From Phoronis australis (lineage: Eukaryota; Animalia; Phoronida), in NCBI GenBank assembly GCA_002633005.1, contig NMRA01000207.1:117408-181407 (forward strand): a stretch of 64,000 bases of DNA, written 5' to 3'. The position numbers were made by a program, and so were the translations under genes. The notes under the pieces were generated by a model. It was not told the origin of the DNA. It saw only the letters and a program-made list of their open reading frames with translations, and did no database searches. Of this stretch, positions 49,901-61,441 are shown piece after piece. Numbering within the stretch: the stretch's first letter is position 1; each line of letters opens with the position of its first letter.

Positions 49901-50750
49901 AACTTTGAGTAAGGTCTCTTGCTCAATATCTCAGTGTATAATTATGTTTCTTTGTTATTATCCTTGACTGACATATTACAACATAGCACACCAGAACATT
50001 TCAAAAAGAGCCCCACAAATGGAAACAACATCCTACCCATGGTTTGCTATTAATGAGTGTAAATGTAAAATGATCCCGAAAGAGGAGCCACAAGACCTTT
50101 TCAAATTTCATTTGCATGGGTACTCTTTCTTGGTGAAAATTCGTTCACAAATCTCTAGTAACCCATTTACAGTACAAGACAAAAAGTACTCAGACAAAAT
50201 ACAGTGCAAGACAAAAGTAATCAGACATAATACAGCACAAGACAAAAGTAATCAGACAAAACACCGTTTTCCCCGTCATGATGACCAAATTCTGTTAACA
50301 GCAAAATTACAGGTAATAACTATTACAGGTAATAACTATAACAGAATGGCTTGAATTCCTCTTCATTAGCGGCCATGAGAAAAGACTATTCTGACAATGA
50401 ACGGGGAATTCTGGGTAATTTTATCTAAATACCTTGGGCTTGGTCTGTACCTACCCCACATCTGTAAGCGGAGGTTTATCTCGTCCCCGTCTGTAACACA
50501 GGTAAGTCTCCGGACTACGCAGACTGCCATGATTCATATCAGCCGGGTGGCCTGTAGGTGTCGCCACTAGCAGGGTGTAACCCGGGGGACACTCCTCCCC
50601 CAACCCCGGGATGATGACAGCGATGTCCGTAATGGGGTCATGCTTGCTAGTTGGCTTCAGCTGGCTCTCGTGTGAAAATTCGTCGAGCGGCAGCGGGTGC
50701 TCGGGGAGGCCAGCCACAATAAAGTAGTCAGCCACTCGACGCCCGTCCAT
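19811..50750 (-). CDS. DENND4: DENND4/CRAG-family Rab GEF (MABP, uDENN-DENN-dDENN, PPR), whole spliced CDS
   Basis: 25 exons with GT-AG and consistent phases sum to 6240 nt (2079 aa with micro-exon 29785-29829, using one copy of the duplicated exon); starts [15 protein letters not shown], ends DAFDREYK...[10 protein letters not shown]. Confidence 0.95.
20285..20463 (-). CDS. DENND4: DENND4 exon
   Basis: [18 protein letters not shown]...[22 protein letters not shown]; phase 2 to 1. Confidence 0.93.
21170..21227 (-). CDS. DENND4: DENND4 small exon
   Basis: tttcag| (N)[20 protein letters not shown]|gtaag; 58 nt, bridges phase 1 to 2. Confidence 0.85.
21785..22228. repeat. 23-bp minisatellite, ~19 degenerate copies
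   Basis: cacaccccacctatgggtctact. Confidence 0.95.
22229..22430 (-). CDS. DENND4: DENND4 exon
   Basis: [15 protein letters not shown]...VCWDNL...[11 protein letters not shown]|gtgagt. Confidence 0.92.
22754..22904 (-). CDS. DENND4: DENND4 exon
   Basis: [20 protein letters not shown]...[12 protein letters not shown] |gtaaat. Confidence 0.95.
23797..24249. mobile_element. MITE-like element with internal ~165-bp hairpin
   Basis: Outer ggtc...aaaagtgact / agtcactttt...gacc; inner inverted repeat 24012-24175; related terminus at ~35588. Confidence 0.55.
24325..24529 (-). CDS. DENND4: DENND4 exon
   Basis: ttctcag| [21 protein letters not shown]...HKTG CG|gtaagt; open, phase 1 to 2. Confidence 0.85.
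25515..25872 (-). CDS. DENND4: DENND4 exon (Ser-rich)
   Basis: ttccag| [10 protein letters not shown]...AGGAL G|gtaatg; phase 0 to 1. Confidence 0.85.
26210..26524. mobile_element. Palindromic MITE with internal 43-bp tandem expansion (~6 copies)
   Basis: Inverted flanks atagtcactta..gggtcccatattttgag / ctcaaaaagtgggaccc..taagtgactaat; unit gagaaccagtttgatgtctgttactcagtgaaaactggatctt. Confidence 0.8.
26949..27000 (-). CDS. DENND4: DENND4 small exon
   Basis: ttttcag| (S)[17 protein letters not shown] |gtaagc; conserved CxxC..VP.L after NLNT. Confidence 0.9.
27674..27905 (-). CDS. DENND4: DENND4 exon
   Basis: [29 protein letters not shown], hallmark DENND4 motif. Confidence 0.95.
29487..29670. 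mobile_element. Short palindromic MITE-like element
   Basis: ttatccacgcag / ctgcgtgaataa and gagcctctttttag / ctaaaaagaggctc inverted pairs. Confidence 0.6.
29785..29829 (-). CDS. DENND4: Candidate 45-nt DENND4 micro-exon
   Basis: ttcctgttacag| (D)[15 protein letters not shown]|gtactt; symmetric phase 1-1. Confidence 0.5.
30100..31653 (-). CDS. DENND4: DENND4 large exon (1554 nt, Ser/Thr/Pro-rich)
   Basis: ctttcag| ESPAGLLI...RKRHRSAG...ASDAQLL...ENDPLGLF...STPY G|gtaagt. Confidence 0.92.
31965..32147. repeat. Perfect 19-bp tandem repeat, 9.6 copies
   Basis: gttcagtctagccacgcgc. Confidence 0.98.
32184..32306 (-). CDS. DENND4: DENND4 exon
   Basis: [26 protein letters not shown]...; phase 1-1, donor gtaagt. 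Confidence 0.88.
32965..33117 (-). CDS. DENND4: DENND4 exon
   Basis: (G)[15 protein letters not shown]...RMRSEP A|gtatgt. Confidence 0.88.
33930..34224 (-). CDS. DENND4: DENND4 exon
   Basis: AVFESKWPS...[16 protein letters not shown]. Confidence 0.93.
34988..35116 (-). CDS. DENND4: DENND4 exon (PPR repeat)
   Basis: [43 protein letters not shown]. Confidence 0.96.
35818..36003 (-). CDS. DENND4: DENND4 exon
   Basis: [32 protein letters not shown]...AYEVLKRM...PDE. Confidence 0.95.
36400..36601 (-). CDS. DENND4: DENND4 exon
   Basis: (S)[11 protein letters not shown]...[15 protein letters not shown]...[12 protein letters not shown]. Confidence 0.95.
37450..37651 (-). CDS. DENND4: DENND4 exon (dDENN)
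   Basis: [13 protein letters not shown]...[25 protein letters not shown]. Confidence 0.96.
38140..38281 (-). CDS. DENND4: DENND4 exon (dDENN)
   Basis: [32 protein letters not shown]....TDATSLFD. Confidence 0.96.
38786..39404 (-). CDS. DENND4: DENND4 exon (cDENN)
   Basis: [20 protein letters not shown]...[21 protein letters not shown]...[16 protein letters not shown]. Confidence 0.97.
39741..39976 (-). CDS. DENND4: DENND4 exon (uDENN)
   Basis: [10 protein letters not shown]...[20 protein letters not shown]. Confidence 0.96.
40515..40684 (-). CDS. DENND4: DENND4 exon (uDENN)
   Basis: TLARYP....[22 protein letters not shown]......[15 protein letters not shown]. Confidence 0.95.
43426..43552 (-). 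CDS. DENND4: DENND4 exon 3 (MABP), duplicate copy
   Basis: [42 protein letters not shown]; 127 nt, phase 0 to 1. Confidence 0.8.
45886..46012 (-). CDS. DENND4: DENND4 exon 3 (MABP)
   Basis: Same peptide; I see one synonymous AAA/AAG difference from the other copy. Confidence 0.85.
46856..46962. repeat. 30-bp tandem repeat, ~3.5 copies
   Basis: gggcctacatgcacacatatacaggttcag. Confidence 0.9.
47054..47240 (-). CDS. DENND4: DENND4 exon 2 (MABP)
   Basis: (G)[29 protein letters not shown]...IYITYRRA...[13 protein letters not shown]. Confidence 0.96.
47875..48028. repeat. (CAT/CAC)n trinucleotide microsatellite
   Basis: catcatcaccatcatcatcaccaccacc... Confidence 0.95.
49742..49942 (+). mobile_element. 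tRNA-derived SINE-like head interrupted by a (TTAGGG)n-like array
   Basis: ggaggcagtgTAGCCTAGTGG (A box) ... GGTTCAAATCC (B box, 49871-49881); degenerate ..ttgagtaagg..ctt.. tail. Confidence 0.6.
49761..49873 (+). repeat. Interstitial telomere-like repeat
   Basis: ttaggg with ttgggg, ttagggg, tcaggg and ataggg variants. Confidence 0.93.
50455..50750 (-). CDS. DENND4: DENND4 first coding exon
   Basis: ttgtag|GTTTGCC ATG G (acceptor 50758-50759); [15 protein letters not shown]...PITDIAVI...[17 protein letters not shown]. Confidence 0.96.
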
Positions 50751-53745
50751 GGCAAACCTACAACAGGAGTTTACATAATTATACAATCAACCTTTTTTTT
50801 CGCAGACATCGGAACACATCCAGTTATAGATCGCATACAGTTCATTCACAGAGGATTGAATACACCTAGTAATTGAGAAAGTGTTAAATCCTACATATAA
50901 AGTGCTACGAGAATACAACAACCAAATATGAACCAGGATTAGAAACCTCTTCACACAAATAGACTACCGCCTTCATAAGTAATTTGCCAGCTTATCAAGA
51001 AGTAACACTCCAGGAAAGGAATTGCAGTCAGTAAATACTTTACTCTGACATATACCTAGAGATAGTACATTATGGATGAAGGGAATCATCAATGACACTT
51101 GAGACAGAGATTCAAATATGATGTAATTCCTCATGACATGTAAATGTGTCCAACACTAGATAACAAACATATCAGGCTTAAGAGAATGTTATCTTTCTAT
51201 ACTATCAGCATGAACAGGGAATGATAATTGCTGACAGAGAGTGTTCACAGGAAAGTAATACCAATTGCATGACAAAAATTTCTTAGAAGACAAGACATTC
51301 ATGAAGTCATACGACTTGATTTATTTATCTGCTTTTGGTTAACAAGTCAGTGACGTGACTCACAATTTTCAATTTCTACTGGAATAACTCGATGTTTTTT
51401 TAAATTTACCGAAAAATGATGAATTTGTCTTTTTATTAAAAGCCATGTTTATTGTGAACGGTATGCCAAAGGTTTTTAGCATTTAACGGACCGGTTTTCG
51501 CAAAGAAATTTAGCAGACTGCAGTATTTCATGTGGTTATCACATTACTTTTTTTCAACAATGACTTGGAATTAAGTATGAACCAGTAGGTACCATAGTCA
51601 AATGTTGAAACACAACACCTAGAAAACCAGCACACCTTAATCTTCATTCTACTACAACTATGAGGCCCTACGGCAGATCCGAATTAATTTTTAAACAATC
51701 TATATGTAAAAAATAGAACTGAGCCATCCAGGATGTATCTTGTTTTAATCGTGTAAGAACTGAATATTAAAAAAAGAACAACATGCAAAGGACAAAGATT
51801 TATTTCTCCACAACAAGTACAGCAAACATAAGATCAACCGCAGCACATATCCACCACTGGCAGTATGGCCAGTGTCTTGTTATTAAGCTGCGAATCACAC
51901 TCTAAACTGTAAATACCGTACTTTTAAAAAGCCGAGCCTTCTGTTCTCGAAGGCTGTGCATCAAAGTTCTTGCTGTATGTTTCATTGCACATGTTGTACT
52001 CACCAATACAAACTAGTCCGTAGGGTAAATTATGTTTCTCATAAAAATCTCACCAATTTCGGACAAAAATAATTTTAAAAAATAAGCTTTTTTCATTTTT
52101 CAAGGGCTTCTAACATTGCTGAGAAAATCAAATTTTTCAAGATATTCTCAATTGGTAGCTATGGTACAGGGCTTGAACACGGAAAAGTGATAATTTGGTG
52201 CTATGTATATTTTATGGAAAAAATGAGAAAACAATATTTCATTTGTCCACCATATTGTGTCCTACACTGGTGAGAATTTACAGTACAATGTGCAAGTACC
52301 AAGAGATATGAAACAAGCATGTTTGGACTTTTGGAAGTACAGTAATTTCCAAGAAAGTCAACAAAATGTGAAGTCAGGGTAAGACAAAATTGTCTGGCTC
52401 AAAATCGTGAAAGACAAAAGAAGGAAATGCGCAGATAAGAATTGGCCAAAAATATTTCATCATTTTTTACTACAAGATGTCAAGCAGTTTTATTAAAAAC
52501 TAGTGACTGTGCAACCACGACATGCAAGCAATCATGTTGTTTTACCACAAGTGGTCACCTCTGGATGGCATTTGAAAGAATCACCAGGGACTTTTATACA
52601 TGCTTCTAAGATACTCAGTCGTGCAGACAGACGAGAAAACTGACATTCCCCGAGTTGTGTTACAATACAAACTTTGAATGTGTCTAGAATACTTGGTATG
52701 GCAGGGTGTGGAGAACCCGTCATTCATTGAACCCCTTCTGCTTGATGGCTACTAGAGTATTTTAGTGCCACTACTGACAGAGCTATGTTTCAAATGCAAA
52801 TGGTCTCACCTCACATAGCTCATGTCTGCGGCGAAATGAAACGTGAGGATTTTGCTTTGAGATGTGGTGAGGCAAATTTCTCACTTGTTGAATTTGTTCA
52901 CGGTATATTATGTAGGCGAGGTGAGGTAAATACTATGCCGATTACAATGAGTAGCCAACGAAAATGAATTATTGCAACAATCTCTCCTATTTACTAGGAA
53001 CATCGTTCACAAGTCAGTGACCATTTTACTTCGCTGTGTGCGGGTAGCATTGACATTAGGTAAATTGCATTCCAGGCACACAGCTCAGCCCTAGCTTCGT
53101 GTCTGCACTGGTTTTAACCATGGAGAACACAGACATCAGCTGGGGTTGGCAAGGTATCAAAATGACTCACACTCCTGTACTATGCCAAAGATAACCTGTA
53201 CACCAGTTGCACTTTGAGACCTACTTTTGACAGACACCATATGACTGATAAGTCAGCCAGATTACACTGGCTCACACCTACAACTGCCAACAGTAAACAA
53301 GATAACATTCTTTAAAGGGAAGCCTTACCTTTTTTTGAAAGAGTCTTGGTCATTTTGCCATGTATCTCACTTACGTAGTTTACTTACCCTCATAGGAATT
53401 CTGAACTTTTAGTCAGTTTTTAAGCATGCAAGATAACATTCTTAGAAGAAGTTCATTGCTCATTTTGGAGATGCTTTTGGTAAATTTGGAATTTTCTACT
53501 TAATCTGAAAGGTTATTAGAACCTTTTAGTCAATTTTCATTAACACGAAAAATTGCTAAAACTAACAATTCTTCAAACTCGAAGTGTGGCGCTCAGGAAC
53601 AAGTTGCACAACTCAGCACTGTGTGTCCGTTTGACTCCACCCCAGCAGTATTAAGTAACTATTTATGGCATGGTTGCCCATGTCAAATGGCAAATTGTTA
53701 TGTACTGAGAGACTAGGTCTGAAAATCGGTAGGTGAAAAGCCAGG

Positions 53746-53848
53746 GAATACGGGACTACGTGGCTGAATACGGGTCTACGTGGCTGAATACGGGACTACG
53801 TGGCTGAATACGGGTCTACTCAGCTGAATATGGGTATACTTGGCTGAA
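53746..53848. repeat. 20-bp tandem repeat, ~5 copies
   Basis: gaatacggg(a/t)ctacgtggct. Confidence 0.93.
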
Positions 53849-54350
53849 ATTTTGGGAACTTAATCATTGAGACACTTTCATGTCAAATTGACCGAAAACA
53901 CCTTTCAAAAGGTAACTTTCCTTAAATCGTACCTACTGGGAACTTCCACATTTCAGTTCAGAAGATGACATACCACAGATAACCTCTCTCCCATGTAAAA
54001 ACCAATCCCTGAATTTTGACAAAAAATAACAGTGAGTTATTCATTGCACTTGTTTGCAATAACAACCTCACCTAATTACCTAAATATTACCTTCTAAACG
54101 CTCATAATTGGCAAAACACCCAACTTCAACTCAACAGTCTGGACTACTACTATCCCCTTTAATTAAAAGCATCCTACATTTGTGATTATTCACTACAAAA
54201 TAAACACAATTTTAATGCCTCATCTCCCAATACCACATATTGAATGTGGCTTACAGGAATTTAATGCCCTGATGGGAAAATGCCCACAAGTAATTTTTTG
54301 AGTTTTACATCAGAAGTCCAGGGCATTAACCTGGGCAGATATTAAAAGCT

Positions 54351-54510
54351 TACCGTAAACTCGCGGGTTAACGCCCATGCCCGGGTAATTGCCCATCCCG
54401 ACTTTTCGTCAATTTTCAGTTTAAGCACCCACTGCTTGGGTAATCGCCCACCCCTATCATACAGTTTCCCAATTTGAGCACCCAGGGCATTAACCCACGA
54501 GTTTACGATA
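54351..54510. mobile_element. TA-flanked MITE (Tc1/mariner-type by inference)
   Basis: taccgtaaactcgcgggttaacgccc / gggcattaacccacgagtttacgata, 26-bp inverted pair with 3 mismatches. Confidence 0.75.
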
Positions 54511-55318
54511 CATCCTGTCAACAAACAAGCTTCATTCATTGATGGTCGTAAAGGATAAACAGAGCTGATAATTAGTTCTCTTCAACAGGGCTGTACAAAA
54601 CCAGAATGTTTCCAGTTATAAAGGAACTTTTATAGGGTCTAAGTGAAGTACTAACCATTGATACAAACTACATGGCTACCATTTATTAACATAAAATCCT
54701 ACCAATTTCAAACAAAACTGCCAAAATAACCCCTTTTCAAGGACCAGAAACTGGAAACAAATTTTAAAAACTATTGTCTGATGGTTTAAGCTTCAGTACA
54801 GAACTTGAACATGAAATTTTTGAAGCTGCAAAACTTTTACAGAAAAAATGAGGAACTGAATTGTCAGTTTTACACCGAGATTTTACCATATGTGTAAACA
54901 ATATCATTAATACTGCACCAAAGTACCACAGCTAAGGCACCCACAGTCTACATAACTCAATTTCTTCAACAGCTAGTCAGGCACCTGAGATCAACCCAAA
55001 GTTCTAACAATTTGTCCACATCCAGCTATCAGACTGCCTCAGGCAAAACACAAGAAATAAATCCAAGCACCTGTGCTGAACCAAATATGAAAGACATTAC
55101 ATCCCTAAGCTTTCAGTTTCAGACTAACCTGCTTCCCAGCCAAAGACCATGATTCAACGAGAACAAAGTACGATAATCAATTAAGGATAGGTGTACTTAA
55201 CATAGACAATCTTGAACACTAATGTCTAAATTAACAACAAGCCCCTAACAGTAAGACCAACACCAACTCTGCACAACTGATCATTTCCTTGAGACTGACC
55301 AAAGTACAAAGATCTCTA

Positions 55319-55667
55319 TTAAAGGGATATTCCTGGTGAGAACAGTAATTTTACAGCAATTAGTGGTAGCTGGATATCAAACCCACTGTTTTCCCAGTAG
55401 TAGCCAAATAATGAACTGCTGAGCCACATCAGATGCAGTGAATAGCAGAGTATTTTCAGCGTGAATTAAATGATCAAGTCACTGGCCTTGACTTCACTAA
55501 AATGTCTGGCAAACAACGGAGAAACTTGGCCATTTGTAATAAAACCACAAACAAAACGGATTTTGCATTTTGCAGCTCTGGTCAAAGCTAATAACTTCGA
55601 GACCTTTCTCCCATCCAACAATAACCCCAAAATGCATTTTTCGGCCATTAAACCGATAGCGTCCTTT
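55319..55667. mobile_element. Dispersed repeat family (Kolobok-like TTAAAGG start, inference); relatives at ~25340-25455 and ~48695-49025
   Basis: Shared gattttgc..ctctggtcaaagct(a/c)at..c..caag...ccattaaaccgata block in three places. Confidence 0.5.
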
Positions 55668-57270
55668 CCAAGTGCGATGCAAGTTCTCCAAAAGCCAACA
55701 GATAAATTACGGCATTACCACAAGATCAGACAATAAGTCCTAAACGCAAGATGGTCTGATTCTATGTCAAATTCCAATGATAAAAATCGAATCACCTAAA
55801 TATGAGGGAAATTCAATTCTGTTTACAAGGCCACTGGATAACCCTGACTAATGCGTGCCGATGAACCCCAACAAACTGGTGCCAAGGTTCCCTCTATAGG
55901 TTCACACAGAGTTCCAAATCACATGGTTTCACTTCCCATGAAAATTTCAGGATAAATGAACATATTCCATCGGTTATATTTTCCACACTATATAGACAGA
56001 TAGCATTTCTCCGCAGTACTATTACCAATCATAATTTTGCATGAACTCACAATGTAACTAGCGAAATGGCTTCCTTCTTTATCTTTCTACGACTTTTCTA
56101 CAGAAGTTCGGCATTTGCCGACTTGGTAGCAGTCGTCCACGGCTGGAAACCGTTCTTGTCTTTTTCCAAATTTTTCCGTGGCCACATGACATGGAGAGAA
56201 AACACCGCCACATCATGAGTACATGTACTCTGGATGGTAGCTCTAAGTATGACTTGTATTCTAGATAGGCTCAGAGTCTCCAAGGTCATTGATTACCTGG
56301 CCAGACCTACACTGCTGTGCTGTTAGTCATCAGACAGACAGAAACATTGTAGTAAATACCCTGCTGTCTGTGCAACTCAAACATTTGAAATAATCAATAA
56401 CTGCAACTAAAATAGCTGTTGACTTACATCCTAACCGTACAAATTATAGTACATAGACACATGTCCACACAACCCACATTCTGTCCTGACACTTTAACCT
56501 CACAAGAAATACAAGAAATAATAAATCCGATTCCATTTTTTTGTTTTTCACAGCACATTTTGGTGGTTATTTTGGATAACATTGACTTCTTGAACTTAGT
56601 AGATTTGATCAGGGCTGTCAAACAATAAAATCAGTTGTTTTTTGTAATTTCATTAGAAATTGCCAATTCTTAACAAAGGTTTCCAGACAAAATTACTGAA
56701 ATTGAGGCAGCGACCTCAATAGTAGTTTTGTTGTTGAACAGCATGAAAAATCACCTAAGCGGGCAATGTGTGGATGCTGACCAGAACCAGCTCGAAAAAA
56801 AACTCAAAGGCTATTAAAGCACCCAATTATATGTGAGAAAAGAAGTGAAGAGCTGAACCACAATGGAGGAGAAAGCTCTCTCAGAATAAATATTCTGGAA
56901 CGGAATCGGTGCTGGACTGTTGGCAGAGATGAGTCAAACATTTCCAGAAATGCAGTCTTGCTTGGGTAGACAACCAGGTGCGTTTACATTCCTCTCAACT
57001 TCCAGCAATAGCTTGACATTCAAGCTGACATTTGATTGATTTTAAGCCTTGACTCAAACTAGTTTTTGAAAGACTTATAGTCTTTCCAGTCTTTTACTAA
57101 TTAAGTGACTGAATGACGAGACCATCCTAAAAATTTTGAAATGACCTCTGCCAGTCAGCATAATTATGCAAAATAAGCTTTTCCTGAATCTCAAAATAGA
57201 CTTTGAAAACTTGATAACGTGGTCATTATAACTGCACCATTGCAGCTTTTTGGGGGTAACTATTATGAAA

Positions 57271-57808
57271 GTGCTTTCCTATTAAAGGTGAAACTTCGCT
57301 TTTACCGAATTTTCGGTAAGTGGGAAAGGTTAACTCCAGTATCTAATCTGCAAGCAAAACTTCGCTGAATATAGTAGGATTTAAAAGTGAAGCTTCAGTA
57401 CTGACCGAAACCTCGGTGTAGTGGGAATGATCAGAGCACGAAGCTTTGTCAAAGTTATCAGTAGAGGTCGCGGCAATGCTATACGTCACTCACAATCGTG
57501 AGACTTGTAAAACGTGTTCTTTGTTATTGTAGCTGACGTACTTTCAATACACATACGTAAATAAATAAATGAAAGAAAGCATATCTAATGAAGAATGACA
57601 CTGGTCATTTTCATAAACACTTGAAAATGGCAAAACAATTTTCAATTAGCCTTGAACCAAGCACTCAATATTCATTTGACAGTAGAAATGAACTGCAACA
57701 TCTATCCTCTCAGCAATAACTTTGATATCGCTGTCAAGTCAGAAAGGTACGGTAAGCGAAGTTTCAGCGAAGCTTCAATAAACCGAAGTTTCCTTAATAG
57801 GAAAGCAC
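57271..57808. mobile_element. MITE-like element
   Basis: gtgctttcctattaa..gg..aaacttcg / cgaagtttccttaataggaaagcac; internal aacttcgct sub-repeats. Confidence 0.7.
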
Positions 57809-60800
57809 CATCAGAATATTGGGGTTTTGGACTCTCAAAATTATGAGCCGAGCAAAGTGAAGTGCATGAGGAGCTACTGAAGGTCAAATGGTTCAACAGC
57901 GGAAAAATCTATGGTTACTGATCCCGCACACTTTGGTGAAAATAAAAACAAAAGACAAAACCATTTATGTATGACAGTAAAATTGTTTCTGAAGAAAAAG
58001 TTTCATGCAACAGTTGAAGTTTTGAAAACTTATGTACTTCTGTTCAACTTTGCACAATTATCATCAATTAAGTGTAAACATTGATCCTCATCATAAGAAT
58101 GTTTCCAATAATCAGACAGAATTATTTTATAAAACTCAAATTTTGCGGAAAAATAACTCTAACACTGAACTTAAAATGATTTGCATACAGCCCTATACAG
58201 TGTCACATTGTATATAGAGAGGCTACATTTCAGTCATTTTAGGGATGTTTTTGTGATTAGATTGTACTCAAATTACTCATAACACACTAAAATACTCTTT
58301 CTTAATACACTTAATGTATAAGGAAAATCACCTAACAACACATGTAAGGCTCCCAGAATCCTTTACTGCAAATTGCTTTGCCACACATGTGGCATGGGAT
58401 GAATGAAACATGGGTCAAAGTCTAAAGCAGGTCAAATGACTAAACACTGCCCACATCACATCACAGAAGTCAGTTCACTCTTTGACTCCTGGAGTGGAAC
58501 ATTTGCATTACCAGCCTCAACATGATATTATCTTTAGCAAACAGCTAGTGATTCCAAGCAAAGTTCTTCAAGGGGGGGACATTATGCACTTCACCCAATA
58601 TTTCCAAGTGGACGAAATGCACAGGGAAGAAACACAATTTCATTCATTCAGACATTTTGATATGTAGGATAGTTTTGTGTGTAACTGTGAATTGCCAGAA
58701 TATCACACCAGACAACTGTGGCAATTTGACACTATGATGTTCGCTAAGAGTTTGTAAAATATACTGGAAAACGTCCCACCGCATCAAATCCCCAAAACAT
58801 AAGGGTTCACACTAACTACCCCAGTGCCATCTAGTGGCAAGGTGTACATCACCATGTCACCGCTGCATCATAAAATGGCTATTCAAGGAAACAAGGTCAA
58901 TTTCAGAGACTCTTTCTTCAGGTCAAGAAATTTAATGGGAAGCTATGAACCATGTCTACAATTCCTTGTGAAGATTAAAAAGTTAATCCCTAACAATAAA
59001 TGCAAATATGAGAGTCAGGCTTCCAACATATAAGCATAAAATGACCTGGCAAGGCCAGCTTCAAACAACTACAGCCTGGTCTTAACAAAGAATTTCACTA
59101 ACTTCAGACAATATAAGTTTCAGTATTCTCATTTTTTCAAAACAATGATAATAATAATAACAATATATAACAACTTTATTGGCAGTACCACGGCCACCAT
59201 GCCTTACACAAGCCTTGCGTATATATCGTAATTTGCTCTCAAATCAACTACTCATTTAGGACATGCTACAGCGATCTTCTGTCCTAAACATCTTTCACGT
59301 TTAATTTCCAGTGGATGATTTACACATCTAAATTTAGCAAGAATAGATACAGGCTTAACAAACTTCAACACTTCAAATGCTCCACATATTATAAGATCAT
59401 TTTTATAAAGCCTCACTATACAATAACACTTTTTCATGCCATAAAGTTCTATGAATCAATATCTAAAGGCATTTGCCTAAATTCCTTTAAAAGGCCAACT
59501 CAACTCCAACACCCTGACATTCCCAGATATCAGCTTCGGTACAGAGTTTGAAAATGGTAAAGCAATTCTTTGATGCTGCTTATCGCATATGAAAAACTGA
59601 GACAGTAAAGTTTCTATACTCAACCACATCGAGCCCTAACCTGATCATAATTCAGTCACTTTACACTCCACAAACAGAGTATAAAAGGCAAGTAAAATTC
59701 TGCAATATGTATTGAAAAAATTGAAGCGCATTCAGCCCATTTAAAATACAATTAGTAGTGTCGGAGTACAAAGAGCACCCTGAATGTTCTTGAATGCTAC
59801 CAAACAGGGACTGCCTGTAATACCATTACCAGATCATGACATTAACACTTTCTAGAAAACCATAAATGCTGAATTACAACAAGATTTTCTCAACATATTC
59901 TTCCATAATTCAAAATCTACTTCATATCTACAAAATTTTCATTTTATTTTCGGTTTCAATTTTTAATTTACGTAACAGTCAATAACATTGCTCAACTGCA
60001 TAGAGTCTTCAACATAATCCAATGGCAAACAACCCTGAATGCACACATATAGCTAGCAACATGTAAATTAATATGAACTGTTATTGTAATTGCCTACAGC
60101 TTGGTCTATGACCTTTTAATAGGCCTGCAGTAATAGCTAAATACAAACAGAGAGATCTCTAGTTGCTATAAGCACATTGCCAACAGCAGCAGATATGTAC
60201 AACTGTCTGCAATTACCAACCATCTGTTGAGCTCCAGATAACAGCAAGCAGCTTATGTTTAACAACTTCATAACAACTATGGACATCTTGTTATGAACTG
60301 GTATCAGCTACTGGCATTTACACTCAAGACATGAAAAACAATTTAATATCAGTTTGTGATTCAAATTCATTGAAAAATGTGTGCATTGAAACACAAAGGG
60401 TTTAGCTAAATCTGTTCAATGCAAACCCGCTCACAGGGGTGGTTTAATTTCGAATTTTAATCGAAACCGTTTCGTACCATAGAAAGTGTGTACACACAAT
60501 CCAATTGACTCAAGGCAAATGGCTGATATGACGTACCCTTGTACATGTGCAGATCTACGGTTCTGTCTGTGACCTCCAAAATTTCTCAAGTAGTTTGAAT
60601 TAATACCAGACTCACTCTTCAATTTCATGATCATGGACTGGCCCATAAGGATCGATTCAAATTAAATCAATTCCAAATTTCAATACAAACGGGGTTACAA
60701 AAGAAAGCTCAACTGCCAACAAATTTCAATATTCATTTAATACTCACATCCTTAAATACCACACCACCACTGATTCAGAGGTACTTACCAACAATGTTAC

Positions 60801-60936
60801 ACATACAGAGGGAGATTATCTCACTGCTGACACTCTTGTCACAGTTTTACATAGTGAGTTGCAAACTTGCAATTCTGACAAAAATTTGACAAGCTATGAG
60901 GACTTATCACATAGTATGCTTGCTTTTTGCTCAAAA

Positions 60937-61441
60937 GGCCCTTTCGTATTGACTTAACTCCGGTCTGAGCAGAGCGTCGACGTAAACAGCGCAGTTAACT
61001 GGATCGTTCATACTGGCTTCGGTAGTTAATGACCATCGAAGTAAAGGGTTGGTGACGCTGACGTCATCAAAGTTATCGCAAGGTAGCGCAGCACGCTAAG
61101 ATTTTTTTTAATGTGACAATTTGGGAACATTTAAATGTGCTAAATGACATTAATCTCATTTTTAAATCGATTGGTTATCATTAGAGCAAAAAATAAGTAG
61201 TTATTAGTGATGGTACTACTCTGTAACTGTTGACGATAACAGTGGCACCTGGCAATAACTTCGATTGGACCGGAGTTAAGCGTTCAAACTACACCGCTGC
61301 GTCGACGCTGCAGTCTTAAATCCACCTGTTAACTGTGATGTTAACTGGAGCTGTTAACTGCAATCCAGGACCAGAGTCAAGCGTTCATACTGACCTCAAC
61401 TCCCCAAACCATCGACGCATCGGCGTTAGTATGAAAGGCTC
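60937..61441. mobile_element. Degenerate MITE-like element
   Basis: ggccctttcgtattgac / gttagtatgaaaggc imperfect termini; internal cttaactccggtc / gaccggagttaag. Confidence 0.5.
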
